Assembly: GCA_943704425.1 (NCBI GenBank)
Contig: CALSCP010001674.1
Coordinates: 124,096 to 188,095 of the forward strand
Reading direction: 5' to 3'
DNA from: Ministeria vibrans ATCC 50519
Taxonomy: Eukaryota > Protista > Filasterea
DNA: 64,000 nt
Of this stretch, positions 51,813-64,000 are shown piece after piece (positions within the stretch are counted from its first letter, which is position 1; every line of letters begins with the position of its first letter). The translations under genes were made by a program, and so were the position numbers. A model generated the notes under the pieces. The model was not told where the DNA came from, did not search any database, and was given only the letters and a program-made list of their open reading frames with translations.

Positions 51813-52804
51813 TAATAAAATAATAATAATGATAAGAATGGTTATCGTTTTAAAAGGTCTACCAAAATTAGGACTCTTTCCGGGAACATTGAACTGCTTT
51901 TGAGCATTAAAAGAGACCATAGGATCTGATCCAGGACCAAAATCACCAACAGTGTAGACGGCGTCGCCCTTGAGCGAGCCATGGAGCATGTAGTTAGCGT
52001 TGCCGCCGTCGGTTGTGTACAGGACGACGTTGGGGCCGAGATGTTTGCGGGCCACCGAGACCAGATGCTCCATGTACTTCTTGTCGAGTGGGTTGCCGTC
52101 AACGTTGCCGTACGAGCCGAACTCGTTCTCAACCTGGACCATAGCAATGGGACCGCCATTCTCCACAAGAAGTGGTTTCAGCTTGGGCAGCAACACGGAC
52201 CACCACTCGTCTACAAGCTCAATGTACGCCTCGTCGTAGGTGCGCAGTGTCACATTGTCCTTGATAAGAAACGCCGGAAAGCCTCCAAAGTCCCATTCGC
52301 CGCAGCCGTCTAAAGAAGGCAAACGTGAGTCAAGGGACAGCGCACAGCACAAGGCGCAGTGATGATGGCGTACAAGGGCCCGCACGAACAAGCACAAGAA
52401 GGCCCTCCTCCTGCGCCGTCCTGACAAAGTTCACAAGGTCACGGCCTCCCTCAAAGTCGACCTCGCCGCGCTGTTGGACGTGCCAGTTCCAAAATACGTA
52501 CGTTTGAATGGTCTGCAGACACACACACACACACACACACAAACACACACGAAAGAGCACATTAGAGACCACCAATGCGCGCCAATTCATCGCGCGTTAC
52601 GTTGAGTCCCATGGCACGGAGTCTACGCAGCCGGTCGCGCCAGAGAGACGGGTGAATGCGTGCGTAGTGGACACAGCCGGCGCGGAGAGTGATTTCGGCA
52701 CCGTTGAGCACAAACGCGTCATGGTCTAGCACAAATGAGGGCGACGACGCAGCGCACGTTGCAAAGAATGCAGCAAGAGCAATGATCGCCGTTGAACGAT
52801 GCAT
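49918..52804 (-). CDS. GH35 beta-galactosidase with C-terminal ricin-B lectin domain, secreted
   Basis: Signal peptide; HYARI, YVFWNWH, GPYGCGEWDFGG, VQVENEFGSY, SEFYSGWLTHWG, GGTNF, TSYDYDSP, WNKGYMWVNG...LGRYW, QxW/QxF ricin repeats; last exon 49918-~50056. Confidence 0.93.
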
Positions 52805-52926
52805 TCTTTAAAACGTGTGTGTGAGTGTGTGTGTGTGTGCGAGTATAATTTTTAAGTTGGTCGTAAGTCGAAAAGTATTCAGTCGATGATCTTTAAACAA
52901 CAATCACTTTCGTTTCATTCGTTAAG

Positions 52927-55963
<3,037 letters not shown>

Positions 55964-56023
55964 TGCAAAATTCGAGTTGGAAAGAGAGTGTGTGAGAGAT
56001 CAATGAAAAGTCAAAATTAATTA

Positions 56024-56059
<36 letters not shown>

Positions 56060-56094
56060 TATCAATCCTTTTATTCATAAAAAGTGCTATCGCA

Positions 56095-57319
56095 ATGCTT
56101 TTGATTGTGTTGCTTTCCGCGCTTGCTCTCCTGTCGGCCATTTATGTGACCTGTTCTCAATTTCTCTGCCCTCACCCTTCCCTCAAGACGCTCCCTCCGC
56201 TCCGCCATGAATGCCCTCCTCCTCGCGTGTCCAAGCGAAGGGACGCCCGCCGGGTCGTTCTTGTGACCGGTGCCAATGGGTTCGTGGGGAGGCGCGTCGT
56301 TGCGCAGCTCAAGCGGCTCGACGCGGTCACAGTCATCGGCACTGACCTTGCTGGCGAGCATCCCTGCGACATTCAAGACCACAGCCAAGTCGACGCTCTC
56401 TTTGAGCATCTTCGGCCCGACCTGGTCGTTCACGTTGCCGGCATTGTCAGGTACAGCGAAAGGCTACGCCTGCATCTCTCACGACTTGTCTCTACACACA
56501 CACAACCACACACACACTCTCTCTAGACTCGACAATAACTACCCCCTCCTTCACAATGTGCACCTTGTCGGCACACAAAACATCCTCAACGCCTCCATCA
56601 CCTACGGTGTTGCCCACCTGGTCCACACAAGCAGCACGGTCACCATCTTTTCGTACCTGCGTCCCGAGCTCGACGTGACGGAAGACGCTCCACACGCCAG
56701 GCCCTATCCGCTCTACTATGCCGCAACCAAGGCACGCGCCGAAGTTCTAGTACAGACCGCGTCGAGTGCGTCTCTGCAAACGTGTGTGCTGCGTTTTCCA
56801 GGCATCTACGGCCTCGGTGACCGCCTCATGGTGGACATGCTGGCGCTTGCGCCTTCCTGCCAGGCTCCCGGCAAAGGTGCACTCATTGATTACGTCTACG
56901 TTGAGAACTGTGCCCATGCACACGTCTGCGCCGTTCGCAAGCTTCTCTTTGCCCCCGAGACACTCCCTTCGCCCTGCTCCGTCTTCCACATCAACAATGG
57001 CGACCACATTGAAAATCACACCTTATGGAACACCCTCCGTCGCAAATGCAATCCAAACGCACGTCTACTGCAAAACATCCCGCACGCCGTCGCGTACGTC
57101 CTCGCACTCATCAGCGAATTTATTACTTTTCTCACCAACGGTTGCTTCACCAACACATCGCCCTTCTTCGGGCTCACACGCGCCACTCTCAACTCTGCAA
57201 GCGAATCCAACACTGTCGACATCACACGCGCGAACACCCTCCTTCAGTACACACCGCTCTTCAACACAGACCAGTCTCTGGACCACATTGCATCACAAAT
57301 AAAAACCCAAAATCGATAG
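56095..57319 (+). CDS. Extended SDR, 3-beta-hydroxysteroid dehydrogenase/NSDHL-like, two exons
   Basis: N-terminal anchor; VTGANGFVG, HVAG, HTSS, YAATK (YxxxK), LRFPGIYG, DYVYVENCAHAH; intron 56450-56526. Confidence 0.88.
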
Positions 57320-57405
57320 TAACAGTATTAATAATAAAACAAAGACACGATTGTAATGTGTACGAAAAAGCAGACACGCAGTCACGCACACACACTCAGT
57401 CAATT

Positions 57406-57440
<35 letters not shown>

Positions 57441-57529
57441 GTCTCTCTCTGTCTCTCTCTGTCTCTCTCTACCACTTTGTTTCTTTCTCCCTCTCTCTCT
57501 CTCTCTTTCTGCATCGCCCCTCCTTTCGC

Positions 57530-60230
<2,701 letters not shown>

Positions 60231-60769
60231 TGGGCGTGAGAGACAAAAGGAAAATGTGTTAGTGTTCAAGAAAGAATTGTGAGGTGGAGAGTACAGGGGC
60301 GACTGGAGACAGCCACATTCATAGAGGAGACGATAAATGGAAAGCGAGGGAGTGCGACAAAGTGGGAGCGCCGTAAGATGTTTTATTGCGGTTGCACGAA
60401 AATGGAAAATGCGCTCAAAAAAAAGGAAGAAGACATGGCGTTCACGAGGGCCGACACATGTCGAGGGAGCCTGGCGGCATGGCGAGGGCGACGGGCAGCG
60501 CATCGTTGGCAGCGAATGGGAGCGGCCACAGACAATAACAAAACGAAACACAACCACACCTGCATTCTTGTGTTCCTGGCTGCCTTCAAGGGAGGGGAGG
60601 GAGCGGGGGACGGCGCGTCTCAATTCACTCGTCAGCAGACCCAGCCCTCTATCTCAGCTCTCAAGGCCGCTCAAAATGTTGATGATTATGAGTTTGACTT
60701 AATATCTCACTCACGCCTTAATAAATATCAAAAGTCAAAAGTCAAAACAAAATCTCCCAATTTTTTGTA

Positions 60770-61230
60770 GAATCGCAGAATGCACACCCAAACTTGAAAC
60801 ATTTCAGAATCGCAGAATGCAGTCAATGCACACCCAAAATCGCAGAATGCACGCCCATTTTTTTTAGAATCGCAGAATGCACACCCGAATAAGATTGTAA
60901 GTCAATAATCATTAGTCTAACGTTCAAAGTAGGATCACATACGTTTCACAGTTTTAAACTCCTAAAGCCATCAAGCATAACTCAAACGTGTTGTCTCTAA
61001 ATTCTCTTGTGAAGGATATGTTCAGTAAGGATCGGTCCGCGAGCGTGGCGCACACCATATTAGACTCCTAGAGTGTGCATTCTGCCAGACTTAGGAAGAA
61101 ATTGGAGGGCATTTTGCGATCGCAGAATGCACACCCAAGAACAGAATGCACAGTTTTAATGCAGTCAATGCTGTGAAGTGTGAAAATATGAATGCACACC
61201 TTGAAATTTCAGAATCGCAGAATGGGCACC
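60770..61230. repeat. Cluster of (GAAT)CGCAGAATGCACACCC-type repeats in both orientations, in the divergent intergenic region
   Basis: CAGAATG at 60776, 60813, 60843, 60873, 61123, 61142 and 61218; inverted copy at 61078; near-palindrome at 61109-61130. Confidence 0.85.
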
Positions 61231-61339
61231 TTCTGGGGAATATCAAATATATTATCAATTTGTATTATGTCATTTGCAGAGTTACCTAAAAATTTATGAT
61301 TGAATGAGTTAAAACTTAAAATCAAATAACAATTTTAAC

Positions 61340-62011
61340 ATGTTCTTACGCTCATCTGTCAAAACCGCATTGCGCGTCACGCGCATCACGATCCACGCAC
61401 GGTACGACAATGTTACACAGATAAATAAATAATAGGAATAAATGAAGTCGAAAAGTTTTAAATAAATAATAATTAAAAAAAAAAANNNNNNNNNNAAAAA
61501 AAAAAAACTAAAGCTCTTTTGTGATTTACAGAAAGCAAAGCTCACTGGTGGACAGCGTACTTGTTGCGAACCGAGGGGAAATTGCATGCCGGGTGATCCG
61601 GTCGGCCAAGCGCCTGGGCATCCGCACGGTGGCGGTGTACAGCGACGCAGACGCAAACGCACTGCACGTTCGCCTTGCTGACGAGGCGTACAGCATTGGC
61701 CCGGCGCCGTCGCAGGACTCGTACCTTCGCATGGATCGCGTCATTGACGTTGCCAAGAAAGCAGGCGTCAAGGTCAGTCTGCTTGTGCTCTATTTCCACA
61801 AAAATACCACTGATGCAAAAAAAAAACGCGTTTTTTTTTTTCCTTTGTGTGTGTCTGGTAGGCCATCCACCCGGGCTACGGCTTTCTCTCGGAGAATGCT
61901 CTTTTTGCAGACGCTTGCGCGGCGGCAGGGATCAAGTTTATTGGACCTCCGGCATCGGCGATTCGCTCCATGGGCAGCAAGAGCGCCAGGTAACGGAGAC
62001 GGTGTGTGTGT

Positions 62012-62047
<36 letters not shown>

Positions 62048-63905
62048 ACAACCTCTCACTGACTGCGTTATCTTTTCTGTCTTTCTTGTGTGCACAACCC
62101 CTCGCTGACTGCGTTGTCTTTTCTGTCTTTCTCTTCAGTAAAACGATTATGAGCGACGCAAACGTACCCATCATTACGGGCTACCACGGTGAAGACCAGA
62201 GCACGGAGCGACTGCAGGATGAGGCGAAGAAGATTGGCTATCCGGTGCTGATCAAGGCGGTGCTGGGCGGAGGCGGCAAGGGCATGCGTGTGGTGGAGCG
62301 ACCCGAGGATTTCACGACTATGCTTGCGGCGGCACGTCGCGAAGCTATGAAGTCGTTCAACGACGACGTCGTGCTCGTCGAGAAGTTTGTGGTGGAGCCA
62401 CGGCACGTTGAAGTGCAGGTGTTTGCCGATGGGCACGACAATGCCCTGTACTTTTACGAGCGAGACTGTTCGGTACAGCGTCGCCACCAGAAGGTCATTG
62501 AGGAGGCGCCTGCTCCGGGAATCAGCGAGGCGACGCGCCAGAGCATTGGCGAGGCGGCTGTTCGTGCGGCGCGTGCCGTGGGCTACGAGGGCGCGGGCAC
62601 AGTAGAGTTTATTATGGACGCGCAGGAGAAGTTCTTCTTTATGGAGATGAACACGCGTCTGCAAGTGGAGCATCCCGTCACGGAAATGATCACGGGTCTT
62701 GACCTGGTGGAGCTGCAGTTGCGTGTGGCGAGTGGACAGGCACTGCCCATGACACAGGAGCAAGTGCCGCTCAAGGGTCATAGTTTCGAGGCACGTATCT
62801 ACGCTGAGAACCCAGCGCGTGGTTTTTTGCCCGGCTCGGGCCCTCTGCTGCGCCTGCGTCCGCCCACCGAGGTTGATGGTGAGGTGCGCGTTGAGACTGG
62901 CGTGCGCGAGGGTGACGTCGTTTCCGTTCACTACGATCCTATGATTGCCAAGCTGGTGGTGTGGGCTGACACGCGTGAGGCTGCGCTGCGTCGTCTCGTG
63001 CGCTGTCTGCGCGAGTACCAGATTGCCGGCCTTGCTACCAACATCCCCTTTCTGACCGACATTGCTACCCATCCGGCGTTTGAAGCGGGCCAGGTCAACA
63101 CAGCCTTTATCGAGACACACCACGACGCCCTCTTTGCCGGCGAGGCCCAGACCAGCCAGGCTCTGTCGCTCCAGTCCGTGCCTTCGGCCCACCTTGCCCT
63201 CACCGCAGTCGCCCTGGTCCTGCGCGACCATGCCAACCTCAACACCCATACCAACAGCAACAGTACTGGCACGGTGTGGTCCAAGGCGGCCGGTCTGCGT
63301 CTCAACCACACACACACTGTCACCGTCCCGTTCCTGCCAGTTGAAGAGAGCACCGACGAGAGCGGCAGCAGCGCCTCACCTTCTCCCGACGTCTTCCAAG
63401 TCGTCTCTTCCGGCGCCAGCCCCTCTTCCTTTGCCGTCTCCCGCTCCTCAGACGGCTCACACGTCTCTGTTGCCAATGCGCGTCTCCTCAACGGCGGTGA
63501 GTCCATCGAGGCGCATGTGGATGGTGCCTTTATCAGCCTTGATCTCACTCAGAATGGCGGTCAGGTTACGACATACAACAAATCATTTGGACAGGTCAGA
63601 GAACAAAGAGAATGAGAGAGTTTGAGAGAGTTTGAGAGAGTTTGAGAGAGAGTTTGAGAGAGAGAGAAAGAAACAAAGTGATAGTGAGGGAGAAAGAAAC
63701 AAAGTGATAGTGAGAGAGAAAGAAACAAAGTGATAGAGAGAAAGTGTGTGCGTGTGTGAAAAGTGTGTGAGGAAACGAGAAACTGAAATTGAGACGTTAG
63801 GGATCAGTCAAGTTTCCAACCCCCAAGTGGATGAAGGAGGCAGCAGGTGGTGGAGACGGAGACTCAGTTACTGCGCCTATGACGGGAAAGATTATCAAAG
63901 TACGG

Positions 63906-64000
<95 letters not shown>
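61340..64000 (+). CDS. MCCC1: 3-methylcrotonyl-CoA carboxylase alpha subunit (biotin carboxylase), 3' truncated by the window edge
   Basis: Mitochondrial presequence exon; [69 protein letters not shown]; biotinyl domain start APMTGKIIK. Confidence 0.92.

Noticed and set aside
60770-61230. CRISPR-like repeat array
   Set aside because: Irregular spacing, both orientations, degenerate units, eukaryotic context and no cas genes.

Overview
Gene-dense, intron-rich eukaryotic nuclear DNA with GT-AG introns, many of them filled with (CA)n, (GA)n, (TAA)n or (TTG)n microsatellites, plus five N gaps. The gene set (PRR5/Protor, KRTCAP2, ERMARD, ADPGK, PLB1, small HERC, cubilin-like EGF protein) suggests a holozoan, choanoflagellate-like protist; this taxonomy is an inference. 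About 27 protein-coding genes were reconstructed by hand across introns: importin-beta (3' end), F-box protein, ERMARD, DEAH helicase, YME1L, PRR5, PLAC8, polyubiquitin, KRTCAP2, ADPGK, AEP transaminase (PhnW), phospholipase B, HERC, PhyH dioxygenase, GH31 sulfoquinovosidase-like enzyme, ZNG1/CBWD, ALDH6A1, secreted 2OG oxygenase, CCCH/Egalitarian-like pseudo-exonuclease, taxilin-like protein, GH35 beta-galactosidase, F0-RhoGAP-SH3 protein, 3-beta-HSD-like SDR, EGF-repeat protein and MCCC1 (3' truncated), plus a few hypotheticals. The most notable items are: a secreted YihQ-type sulfoquinovosidase with a Y-to-F change in the sulfonate motif, near other lipid-headgroup enzymes; several unusual domain architectures; two long hairpin-rich introns that may host ncRNAs; a clustered CAGAATG repeat locus; and a dispersed intronic minisatellite motif. 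All homology calls come from motif recognition, not database searches. No tRNA, rRNA or CRISPR array was seen.
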